DNA of 34,417 bases from positions 16,697-51,113 of the forward strand of contig JAKAHS010000001.1 of assembly GCA_021814825.1 (NCBI GenBank), written 5' to 3'. A program made the translations under genes and the position numbers. This stretch comes from a bacterium (GTDB lineage Bacteria; Patescibacteriota; Minisyncoccia; Phycocordibacterales; SBAW01). Position 1 is the first letter of the stretch. The number at the start of each line of letters is the position of its first letter. The notes below the pieces were generated by a model. That model searched no databases, was not told the origin of the DNA, and worked only from the letters and a program-made list of their open reading frames with translations. Positions 8,936 through 16,930 of the stretch are shown here, in pieces.

Positions 8936-9505
8936 CTATTTCCAGCAGATATACGAAGTAGAACTTGGATTCACGCTGTAATTACCCGCGAATTGAGCCG
9001 TAAATCCTGATGGACACGAACAGCCGTGAGTGGCCGGGTTGGGTTGCACACAACCACCATCTATGCCATAGAATCCACCGAATTGGAGACTGCCACTGCT
9101 GCCTCCCAACTGACTCACCCATTTACCCATTGAACCTATATAATAATCATTCGCGACAACATCAGTGTATCCATTCACCGCCCGATTCATCACATAAAAC
9201 CACCCGTTCATGGTTGCAGCCACGTTAGAACCATCGCTATACATGGCATTCCCATCGCTCCAACGCATGGTACTACCCAAACCCAATCCGTTGATATTGC
9301 TTGTCGTGAGACCGCCGACCGTAAGCGCTCCAGTCTTCGTCTGCGCAGTAGCGCTCGTGGTGATCGGTCCGGCGACATTCCCGCTCGGGGGCGAACCAGC
9401 GGGAGCAGTCCATGCGTAGGCCTGTACCACATAGAAAGTGAGCACAGTGAAGAGCGATACGACGAACATTTTCAAGGTAGATGCGATCTCTTGTTTTGTA
9501 TTCAT
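8936..9505 (-). CDS. Secreted protein of unknown function (mature N-terminus 'AWTAPAGSPPSGNVAGPI')
   Basis: 189 aa. Signal peptide (...FYVVQA-YAWTAP). Gly/Thr-rich mature part. C-terminal Cys cluster GGCVQPNPATHGCSCPSG...YICWK. Confidence 0.65.
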   Translation of the reverse strand: MNTKQEIASTLKMFVVSLFTVLTFYVVQAYAWTAPAGSPPSGNVAGPITTSATAQTKTGALTVGGLTTSNINGLGLGSTMRWSDGNAMYSDGSNVAATMNGWFYVMNRAVNGYTDVVANDYYIGSMGKWVSQLGGSSGSLQFGGFYGIDGGCVQPNPATHGCSCPSGFTAQFAGNYSVNPSSTSYICWK

Positions 9506-9525
9506 AATGAATGTGATTATAAATC

Positions 9526-10083
9526 TTACTTCTCGACCAGTATCTCGTTCGCGACGAACTCTCCCTCGGTCTTTATATTCTCCGCAGCAGAGACGGTGAC
9601 CTTATCTCCCGCAGCAATGTCGGCAGCGCTTGCGGCGGTTTGTGTGAACGGCTGGGGCAGCTGCGTTCCGGAACCCTTGTTCGCCTGCGTCGATTCCGTA
9701 AAAGCAGCCAGCTTCCCCTGGATAACGCTTTGCGTGTTTTGCGTCACAGTGAAGATCTTTGTGCCTGTTGATATATCGATAATACGATCCGTGAGGCTCG
9801 CATCGGCGAAAGGATCGGTGGGCGTAGTGCGAACCGTGATCTTGTCGCCATTCACCGCCGCCACCGTTCCTGAAACTGAACGGACGTCAGAAGGAGAGAT
9901 CATCGTGCCGAAACTGCTTGCCATGACAAGCCGTTCCGCTGCGCTAAAGCCAGCTTGATAGCCCTTCTTCGCGTTGCTTAAGGAAGCCGGAAGATACGGG
10001 TCAGTGAACATTCCTAAGACTGCTCCGACCAGGAGTAACCCGACACCTATCCCTGCATATCTGAAATTTTGTGGTGTTCCCAT
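9526..10083 (-). CDS. Membrane-anchored protein of unknown function
   Basis: 185 aa. N-terminal TM helix (YAGIGVGLLLVGAVLGMF). Two GTVAAVNGDKITV / AAGDKVTVSA-type beta segments. Confidence 0.6.
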   Translation of the reverse strand: MGTPQNFRYAGIGVGLLLVGAVLGMFTDPYLPASLSNAKKGYQAGFSAAERLVMASSFGTMISPSDVRSVSGTVAAVNGDKITVRTTPTDPFADASLTDRIIDISTGTKIFTVTQNTQSVIQGKLAAFTESTQANKGSGTQLPQPFTQTAASAADIAAGDKVTVSAAENIKTEGEFVANEILVEK

Positions 10084-10223
10084 ACATCTATCATTCTACT
10101 ACGCGCTTATAAAAAGGTTCTGCACCCTTTCATTTGTACTGTGCATAACTCTTGCATAGACGTCTGTCTGAATCCTACCGTATTTATTAGTATGCCTATT
10201 GAAAAGTGCCGTCATGGTCTTGC

Positions 10224-10268
10224 GCGCAATGCAAAACGCCTCGCAGAGCGGGGCGTTTTGCATTGCGC
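10224..10268 (-). terminator. Long hairpin downstream of rpsR (probable operon terminator)
   Basis: GCGCAATGCAAAACGCCTCGC-AGA-GCGGGGCGTTTTGCATTGCGC: 21 pairs with one G-U, beginning 15 nt after the rpsR stop. No clean U-run follows on the minus strand. Confidence 0.55.
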
Positions 10269-10282
10269 ATTGATCGGTTATG

Positions 10283-10489
10283 TTATCGCACCACGTACGG
10301 GATGAGTGCCATGAAGCGCGCTCTCTTGATCGAGGTTGCCAGCGCGCGCTGACCTGACGCCGAAAGGTTAGTGCGGCGGCGCGACAGGATCTTGCCGTGC
10401 GGGTTGATGAAGCGCTTGAGCGTTTCGACATCTTTGTAGTCGAATCGTTCGCTCATCTGGATCTTTTCTTTTTTGTTTTTCTTTTCCAT
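10283..10489 (-). CDS. rpsR: 30S ribosomal protein S18
   Basis: [50 protein letters not shown] matches the S18 signature. Confidence 0.9.
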   Translation of the reverse strand: MEKKNKKEKIQMSERFDYKDVETLKRFINPHGKILSRRRTNLSASGQRALATSIKRARFMALIPYVVR

Positions 10490-10515
10490 AACTATTTGTT
10501 ACTACGTTCTATGAA

Positions 10516-10950
10516 CTAAAATGGTATGTCGTCCGGATTGACCTCCTGCGTCGGGTAGGCGATCGACTCTTCCTTCGAAGCTGCAGCCGGTGCCGCTCCT
10601 GTGGGTGAACCAGCGCTTGCACCGCCAGTGCGCGCTGCGCCGAACTGCACCTGCTCCGCAATGATCTCGGTTCGATACTGTTTGCCCTTTTCGCCATCCC
10701 AGCTGCGGGTGTGGAGCCGGCCTTCAACGAATATCGAGCTCCCCTTTTTGAAGTACTGATGAACGAACTCTGCACTCTTGCCGAACACGACGACATTGTG
10801 GAAGTCCGCTTCGTCCACCCACTGTTCGTTGCGCTTAACGCGGCGGTTCGTCGCAACACCGAACTCTGCGACCGACACACCCGACGGGAGCGATTTGAAT
10901 TCCGGATCGCGCGTCAAATTGCCTGCCAGGAGAACTTTGTTGAGGTTCAT
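10516..10950 (-). CDS. ssb: Single-stranded DNA-binding protein
   Basis: MNLNKVLLAGNLTRDPE...FHNVVVFGK...FVEGRLHTRSW OB-fold pattern, Gly/Ala-rich linker and acidic tip ...DDIPF. ATG at 10950. Confidence 0.9.
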   Translation of the reverse strand: MNLNKVLLAGNLTRDPEFKSLPSGVSVAEFGVATNRRVKRNEQWVDEADFHNVVVFGKSAEFVHQYFKKGSSIFVEGRLHTRSWDGEKGKQYRTEIIAEQVQFGAARTGGASAGSPTGAAPAAASKEESIAYPTQEVNPDDIPF

Positions 10951-10954
10951 ATGA

Positions 10955-11470
10955 TTATGATACCAATGAGTCGATCGACTTATCAAGCTCCTCTTCGGAT
11001 ACTACGGTCTTCTTTTCTTCCGCGGCAACGACCGCCGGTTTCTCGATGGTCTTGCCTTCGAGGCGATCCGATGAGAACACGACACGCGGCGTAAAGGTGA
11101 TCGCCTCGCGCGTCGTGTGAATGATGATGAAGCGGAGGATCTCCGTCATTTCGTGCAGGTCGTGCTCAATCTGCTTAGCGACGCCTTCAGGCGCTTCGAA
11201 CTTTATCCAACCAAAATAGCTTTCGGTGTATTTCTCGCGTCGGCCAGCGACCGGTCGCTCAATGCGGTATGCCAGCTGCATACGCTTCGGCATTTCTTGC
11301 GCAATGATCGAACCGCCCACTTTCTCAATACTAGTACGAACACGTTCAACGACGGCACCCACCTCGGCTTCCGCCACGGTCGGCACTATATGAAAGCCGG
11401 CTTCTAATACGGCCTTCTCGTCGCTGATCGCCTGGGTAAAGGAGCCTTGCTCCTGCGATGAATCAGTCAT
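10955..11470 (-). CDS. rpsF: 30S ribosomal protein S6 (with N- and C-terminal extensions)
   Basis: RMQLAYRIERP...YFGWIKFEAPEGVAKQIEHDLHEMTEILRFII is S6-like. The rpsF-ssb-rpsR order is classical. ATG 11470 (MTDSSQ). Confidence 0.8.
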   Translation of the reverse strand: MTDSSQEQGSFTQAISDEKAVLEAGFHIVPTVAEAEVGAVVERVRTSIEKVGGSIIAQEMPKRMQLAYRIERPVAGRREKYTESYFGWIKFEAPEGVAKQIEHDLHEMTEILRFIIIHTTREAITFTPRVVFSSDRLEGKTIEKPAVVAAEEKKTVVSEEELDKSIDSLVS

Positions 11471-11560
11471 GCGGACACAGTAGCACAACGCGGCGGTCGG
11501 CGCAAGAAACGAGCCGTTGCCGAAGGTTGTGGAGGTCAGATCTCAACAGCCTTACACGGC

Positions 11561-11968
11561 TTAGTGGAGCGTCGGGGGTACCTCCTCTTCCCATGCGGGG
11601 TATTCGCCTTCTTCATCCTCGGCTGCCTGACGTTGTATCTGAGCATAAATGAACTCCATCGTCTGCGGATCATCCATATTGATCCTCGTGTGAGCTTGGT
11701 CGAGTTCATCGATCCAATTGCGGAATGCCTTGCCGTACTTTTCTGCCCACACCTTCATAGCGCTGTCGCGGATCTGCATATCGACGGTCTCTGGCGCGAG
11801 CGGATCGAGAGTTTTGGCAAAATCAAAATGTATAAATCGATACGACATGAGCGCAAGTCTTTGCTGCAACTCGACTTGCTCCTCCATCGATTCAAGCGAA
11901 GCGACATGCGGACTATGCGACTGCGCTTCCGCTTGTGGCGCTGGTGTGTGGCTCTCTGGTCTGAACAT
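11561..11968 (-). CDS. Hypothetical acidic protein
   Basis: 135-aa ORF in the operon direction, 18 nt downstream of tatD. No motif recognised. Confidence 0.45.
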   Translation of the reverse strand: MFRPESHTPAPQAEAQSHSPHVASLESMEEQVELQQRLALMSYRFIHFDFAKTLDPLAPETVDMQIRDSAMKVWAEKYGKAFRNWIDELDQAHTRINMDDPQTMEFIYAQIQRQAAEDEEGEYPAWEEEVPPTLH

Positions 11969-11986
11969 GCCTCTATCGTACTATTT

Positions 11987-12778
11987 TTACAAATTAAATA
12001 CCATCCGCGCATTCTGCACGGTCGTAAGAGCGATCTCGTCTGCAGGCGCGGCCTTTATCTCTGCGATGCGGCCGATCGATTCGGCCACAAAGGCTGGCTC
12101 GTTGCGCCTGCCGCGATGAGACTTCGGCGCCGCATACGGCGAGTCGGTTTCGACGAGCAGCCGATCAAGCGGCGTGGCGCGTACGGCATCGTCATACATA
12201 TCGGTGAAGGTGATGACGCACGGAAAAGAGATATAGCAGCCAAGCGCAAGATAGCGCTCCATCAATTCACGCGAGCCGGTGAAGAAGTGAGCGATAGCGC
12301 TTATGTCGGGATATTTCGCCCGCGTATTCGCAAGCAGCGCGAGCAGATCATCGTGCGCGTCGGTAGTGCCGGCACTCGGTCGGCAGTGGATGATGAGCGG
12401 CTTGCCGACCTTGTGCGCAAGCTCGACATGCTTCTCAAAGCGATCTTTCTGCGCCTCGCGCATGGCCGCAGTCGTTTCTCTGAAATAATCGAGGCCGCAT
12501 TCGCCTATGCCGACCACTTTGGGATCAGCAGCGAGTGCTTCGAAAGCCGGCACGTCAAAAAGCTCGTCGAGATTATCGTTCGGGTGAAGCCCGACCGCTG
12601 CCCACAAAAAATCGTGCTGCCGTGCCAGCTCGACCGCCGCCTTGCTTGAGGCGAGATCAGTACCGACCACCACCGCACCGATCTTTTGTTCTTTCATCCG
12701 CGCAAGCACCTCTCCCCTGTCCGCATCAAAATCCGAGAATTGAAGGTGGCAGTGCGTATCGAAAGCAAAGAAGGTCAT
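11987..12778 (-). CDS. TatD-family metal-dependent hydrolase
   Basis: FDTHCHLQF, GLHPND, GECGLDYF, IIHCR, VETDSPY. Start set at ATG 12778 (MTFFAFDTHCHL), because the upstream ORF extension is Arg-rich and overlaps metG. Confidence 0.85.
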   Translation of the reverse strand: MTFFAFDTHCHLQFSDFDADRGEVLARMKEQKIGAVVVGTDLASSKAAVELARQHDFLWAAVGLHPNDNLDELFDVPAFEALAADPKVVGIGECGLDYFRETTAAMREAQKDRFEKHVELAHKVGKPLIIHCRPSAGTTDAHDDLLALLANTRAKYPDISAIAHFFTGSRELMERYLALGCYISFPCVITFTDMYDDAVRATPLDRLLVETDSPYAAPKSHRGRRNEPAFVAESIGRIAEIKAAPADEIALTTVQNARMVFNL

Positions 12779-12818
12779 ATGGCTACGATAGCACAAAGCG
12801 ACACGCCGCTGAGGGAGA

Positions 12819-14249
12819 TCATTCCTTGCGCGGAAAGAGATTCTCGGGCTTTTTATTTTCCTTGATCGCCGCAAGGATCTTCTCACTCGTCTGCGGCATG
12901 AATGGCGCGAGCATAGTCGCGATGGCGTGGAGCTGTTTAATACAGGAAAGGATCATTTCCTTCCCTTGTTCTGGCTCATCTTTCACAACCGCAAAGGGCT
13001 TCTCGCTAGCAATATACTCATCAAGCCCCGTGACATGTTCCCAAATGAAATCCATCGCTTTGTTGAACTGAAAGTCATCCATGGCGTCGACACGGACGTG
13101 AGGGGTTTCCATTCTCGCAATGTCGCTCGGCTCTAGGTGTGTCTCCGCGAGTTTCATTACGCGCGCAATCAAATTGCCGAGGCCGTTGGTGAGGTGGGCG
13201 GTGTAGTATTCGTGCACCGCATCAAGCGTGAGATCGGAATCTTCGGTCGGGCTCACATGACGCAGGAGAATGTAGCGCACCGCATCAGTACCATATTTCT
13301 CGACGAGGTCGAGCGGGTTGATGACATTCCCGAGCGACTTACTCATCTTCTGCCCGCCCGAGGTAATGAAGCCATGATAGAAGACGGTGTCAGTATTCTT
13401 GATGTCGGCCGACATGAGCATCGCCTGCCACATGAGCGACTGGAAGCGCACCTGATCCTTCCCTGCCACCTGCAGAGTCTGCCCATCTGTCCAGAACTTC
13501 TGGAAATTACCTTCGACGTCCTTGGGCCAACCGAGTGTGGAAATATAATTTGTGAGCGCATCGAACCACACGTACATCACCTGCGATTCGTCATCGGGAG
13601 TGGGGATGCCCCATGAGAGCCGAGATGCCTCGCGCGAGATGCTGAAATCTTCAAGACCGCCCTTCACGAAATTGATCGCTTCAATGCGGCGCCACTCCGG
13701 AGTGATGACATTGGGTTGCTCAAGATATGCGAGAAGTCTCTCTTGGTAATTCGAGAATTTGAAGAAATAGTTCTCTTCAGAGATCTCCTTGAGCTCAGCG
13801 TTGGGATGGAGCGGGCACTTGCCACCCTCGCATTCTTTTTCCGTCTTAAAGGATTCGCAGCCGACGCAGTAAAGACCGGCGTAGGTCTTCTTGTAGATAT
13901 CGCCGCCTGCTTCGCAGCGACGCCAGATATTCTCTGCCGCCTTGATATGCGCCGGATCGGTCGTGCGAATGAACGCGTCGTTGCTCAAGTCGAGCGCCGC
14001 GCCAAGCTTCTGAAATTCGGTTGCGTAGTGATCGACATAGTCTTGGACGCTCTGCCCCGCCCTCTGCGCCGCCTCAAATATCTTCTGTCCATGTTCGTCG
14101 GTGCCGGTCGAGAAAAAGACTTCGTCGCCCTGCGCGCGTCGCGCACGAGCGAGTGTATCAGCCTGTACGAATTCGAGCGCGTGCCCCATATGCGGACTCG
14201 CGTTCACATACGGCAGCGTGGTGGTGATATAGAAAGGTTTTCCGCCCAT
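12819..14249 (-). CDS. metG: Methionyl-tRNA synthetase (short form)
   Basis: FYITTTLPYVNASPHMGHALE (HIGH-class motif), Zn knuckle CVGCESF...C, KMSKSLGN. Confidence 0.92.
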   Translation of the reverse strand: MGGKPFYITTTLPYVNASPHMGHALEFVQADTLARARRAQGDEVFFSTGTDEHGQKIFEAAQRAGQSVQDYVDHYATEFQKLGAALDLSNDAFIRTTDPAHIKAAENIWRRCEAGGDIYKKTYAGLYCVGCESFKTEKECEGGKCPLHPNAELKEISEENYFFKFSNYQERLLAYLEQPNVITPEWRRIEAINFVKGGLEDFSISREASRLSWGIPTPDDESQVMYVWFDALTNYISTLGWPKDVEGNFQKFWTDGQTLQVAGKDQVRFQSLMWQAMLMSADIKNTDTVFYHGFITSGGQKMSKSLGNVINPLDLVEKYGTDAVRYILLRHVSPTEDSDLTLDAVHEYYTAHLTNGLGNLIARVMKLAETHLEPSDIARMETPHVRVDAMDDFQFNKAMDFIWEHVTGLDEYIASEKPFAVVKDEPEQGKEMILSCIKQLHAIATMLAPFMPQTSEKILAAIKENKKPENLFPRKE

Positions 14250-14266
14250 AATATAGAAAGTGGGTC

Positions 14267-15310
14267 TTAATTGGCGCGGCGACCGGCTTCGACATCGTCG
14301 ACCAGCTCGCGCAGCGCCGCAGCAAGCGGAACCGCAAGCAGCACCCCGATGAACCCCGCCATCTTTGCACCGACGATGAGCGCGAGAATGACCAAGAGCG
14401 GCGGCACGCCGACGATCTTCTTCACAACCAGAGGATAGATGAGGTGGCTTTCAAATTGCTGGATGATGACGAAGAGACCTCCGACCATGAGCGCCATCGA
14501 CGTGCCGCCAGCAGCGAACGCTACGACGATCGCCGGTATCGCAGCGAGATATTGTCCGAAGACCGGAATGAGTTCGAAGAGCGCGGCGAGTACGGCAATG
14601 AAGAGCGCGTAGGGCACGGCAAGGATCACGAGACCGAGATAGAGAAGCACGCCCACCAAGAAGCCGAGCAGAAGCTGACCCTGCATCCACTTTCCTATCT
14701 TGTTCTGCGCGCGGCGCCAGAGGCCGACGACGTATTCCTGTTTTTTAGGCGGTGTCACGACGCGCAAGAAATCATCAACGCCGGTGTCTTGCACGCAGAA
14801 ATAGAACGAGAAGACGATGATAAGGATGAATGACTCGACGCCACCGAAGAACGTGGAGAGCCCGGACACGGCGCCTCCGGTCGAGCCGCCGAGGGACGTG
14901 CCGAGCGCACGCACCACATCAGCAGATGAAAGAAGCGACGCTATGTCGTCGATCGGAAGTTTCGAATTACTCGCAGAGGCCGACGAACTGAGCGCGTGAA
15001 GCGTGTCGGGGAGGCGCGCGATGAAACTCGCAGCGTCATCGAGCACCGGCGGAAGAAAGAACAACGCTATGCCGATGAGTACGCCGAGGACCGCGATATA
15101 CATAAGCGTGACCGCCCACACGCGCGACATGCCCCATCTGATGAACGCGCGAATGCCTGGTTCCATAGCCGACGCAATGACGATCGCCGTGAGCACGATG
15201 AGTACGATATCGCGCAGGAACCACAGCGCCGCGAAAAGCACGAGGAAAAGCAGGGCGGTGATGATGCTGCCGGAGGTGATGTGGACGTTGATGTCTTTGT
15301 GCGTCTCCAT
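14267..15310 (-). CDS. AI-2E family (PerM/UPF0118) membrane transporter
   Basis: 347 aa, about 7-8 TM helices, characteristic ...ALFELIPVFGQYLAAIPAIVVAF... segment. Confidence 0.75.
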   Translation of the reverse strand: METHKDINVHITSGSIITALLFLVLFAALWFLRDIVLIVLTAIVIASAMEPGIRAFIRWGMSRVWAVTLMYIAVLGVLIGIALFFLPPVLDDAASFIARLPDTLHALSSSASASNSKLPIDDIASLLSSADVVRALGTSLGGSTGGAVSGLSTFFGGVESFILIIVFSFYFCVQDTGVDDFLRVVTPPKKQEYVVGLWRRAQNKIGKWMQGQLLLGFLVGVLLYLGLVILAVPYALFIAVLAALFELIPVFGQYLAAIPAIVVAFAAGGTSMALMVGGLFVIIQQFESHLIYPLVVKKIVGVPPLLVILALIVGAKMAGFIGVLLAVPLAAALRELVDDVEAGRRAN

Positions 15311-15315
15311 GTTCT

Positions 15316-16692
15316 TTAGATCTTGCTCTTGATGAAGGAGGCGAGCTCCGCTATCTTCATGCGCGTCTGCTCTCCGCTGTCGCGGTCGCGCACCGTGACC
15401 GTATCGAGCAGCTCAGCCGTCTCACCCAGCGTATCGAAGTCGATCGTGATGCAGTACGGTGTCCCGATCTCATCCTGGCGGCGGTAGCGCTTGCCGATGT
15501 TGCCATTATCATCCCATGCGATCTGCGGGATCTCTTTCTTCAGCGCCTGGTACACCTCGCGCGCTCTTGCGACCAGCTCCGGCTTGTTCCGCAGAAGCGG
15601 CGAGACCATAGCCTTGACCGGCGCCAGCTTCGGGTGGAGTTTCAAAACAACACGCACCTCGCCGCCGAGATCATCCTCATGATAGGCATCTGCAATAACC
15701 GCAAGGAAGAGCCTGCCCATGCCCATCGAGGTCTCAAGGATCCACGGAATATATTTCTCTCCATTCTCCGGGTCGGTGTAGTTGAGATCGACGCCCGAGA
15801 ATTTCATGTGCTGCGTGAGATCATAATCGCTGCGATCATGAATGCCTTCGAGCTCGTCGAAGCCCCACGGAAATTTATATTCGACATCCCACGCGTCTTT
15901 GGCGTAAAAGACGAGATTCTCATGCTGCTTGAGGCGGAGATTCTCTTCTTTGATCCCGATCGAGAGGAACCAATTCCACCGATCTTTCTTGAGCGCCTCG
16001 TACGCCTCCTTGTTCTCGTGAGGTTTTATGAAAAGCTGCGTGTCTGCCTGCTCGAACTCGCGGCAGCGGAAAAGAAAGTTGCGCGGGCTGATCTCGTTGC
16101 GGAACGCTTTGCCGATCTGCGCGACGCCGAACGGGATCTTCGGCTGCATCGTGTCGACGATGTTCTTGTAGTCGAGGTAGATACCCTGGCACGCTTCGCC
16201 CGGAAGATAGACTGGCTCCGTCCCTTCGGAAGTGAAGTCGCCAAGATTCGACTTCACGAGAAGATTAAATTTCTTTGCTCGAGAAAAGTCATGTGCGCCG
16301 CATTTAGCGCAGGCGATCTGCGCGCGATGCGCGTCGAAGAGCGCGTTGATCTCGTCCTCACTCATCTTTTCATCGGCCGTGACGCCGATCGCCTCAAGCG
16401 CCTTGTCGACACGAATGCGTGTGTTGCACTTCTTGCACTCTGCCATCGGGTCGGAAAAGCCGGACGTATGCCCGCTCGCTTCCCACGCGCGCGGATTTTT
16501 GAACATGCCGGCATCAAGGCCGTAGTGATTCTCCTTGTCGTAGACATTCGCCTGCCACCAGGCTTTCTTGAGATTGTTCAGAAGTTCAACGCCGCGCGGG
16601 CCGAAATCGTAAATACCGGCCAGACCGCCGTAGATCTCGGAGCCAGGATAGACGAAACCGCGGCGCTTGCACAGCGACACGATCTTTTCCAT
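15316..16692 (-). CDS. glyQS: Glycyl-tRNA synthetase (homodimeric class II type)
   Basis: MEKIVSLCKRRGFVYPGSEIYGGLAGIYDFGPRGVELLNNLKKAWW and FRNEISPRNFLFRCREFEQ (motif 2). The start could instead be ATG 16716 (MELETSNGMEK...). Confidence 0.9.
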   Translation of the reverse strand: MEKIVSLCKRRGFVYPGSEIYGGLAGIYDFGPRGVELLNNLKKAWWQANVYDKENHYGLDAGMFKNPRAWEASGHTSGFSDPMAECKKCNTRIRVDKALEAIGVTADEKMSEDEINALFDAHRAQIACAKCGAHDFSRAKKFNLLVKSNLGDFTSEGTEPVYLPGEACQGIYLDYKNIVDTMQPKIPFGVAQIGKAFRNEISPRNFLFRCREFEQADTQLFIKPHENKEAYEALKKDRWNWFLSIGIKEENLRLKQHENLVFYAKDAWDVEYKFPWGFDELEGIHDRSDYDLTQHMKFSGVDLNYTDPENGEKYIPWILETSMGMGRLFLAVIADAYHEDDLGGEVRVVLKLHPKLAPVKAMVSPLLRNKPELVARAREVYQALKKEIPQIAWDDNGNIGKRYRRQDEIGTPYCITIDFDTLGETAELLDTVTVRDRDSGEQTRMKIAELASFIKSKI

Positions 16693-16930
16693 CCCGTTAG
16701 AAGTTTCTAGTTCCATAAAATTGAATGCATAAACCAACCAAATGCGGCTTATTCCGCTATCACGTCACAGACTCCGCTCGCGAACTTCTAACGGGATCCA
16801 TGAGATTCTCCTCCATATACAGCACACAGTATCACAACGAGACGACCGGCACTAGAACCCGCCTCTTGAGAGGCTGGTCACAACTCTGCAGCAAAAATCA
16901 GTTATGGAAGTCAAACTTTTTCTCTTGAAT

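Noticed and set aside
11564-12649. Long antisense ORFs: 11564..12649 (+), 361 aa; 15634..16710 (+), 358 aa; 28993..29964 (+), 323 aa; 26260..27084; 30192..31004; 31622..32434; 18814-19758; and others.
   Set aside because: All lie opposite confidently identified genes (tatD, glyQS, glyA, argS, thyA, CYTH and others). They are Arg/His/Asp-rich with no recognisable motifs. These are typical shadow ORFs of GC-rich coding DNA.
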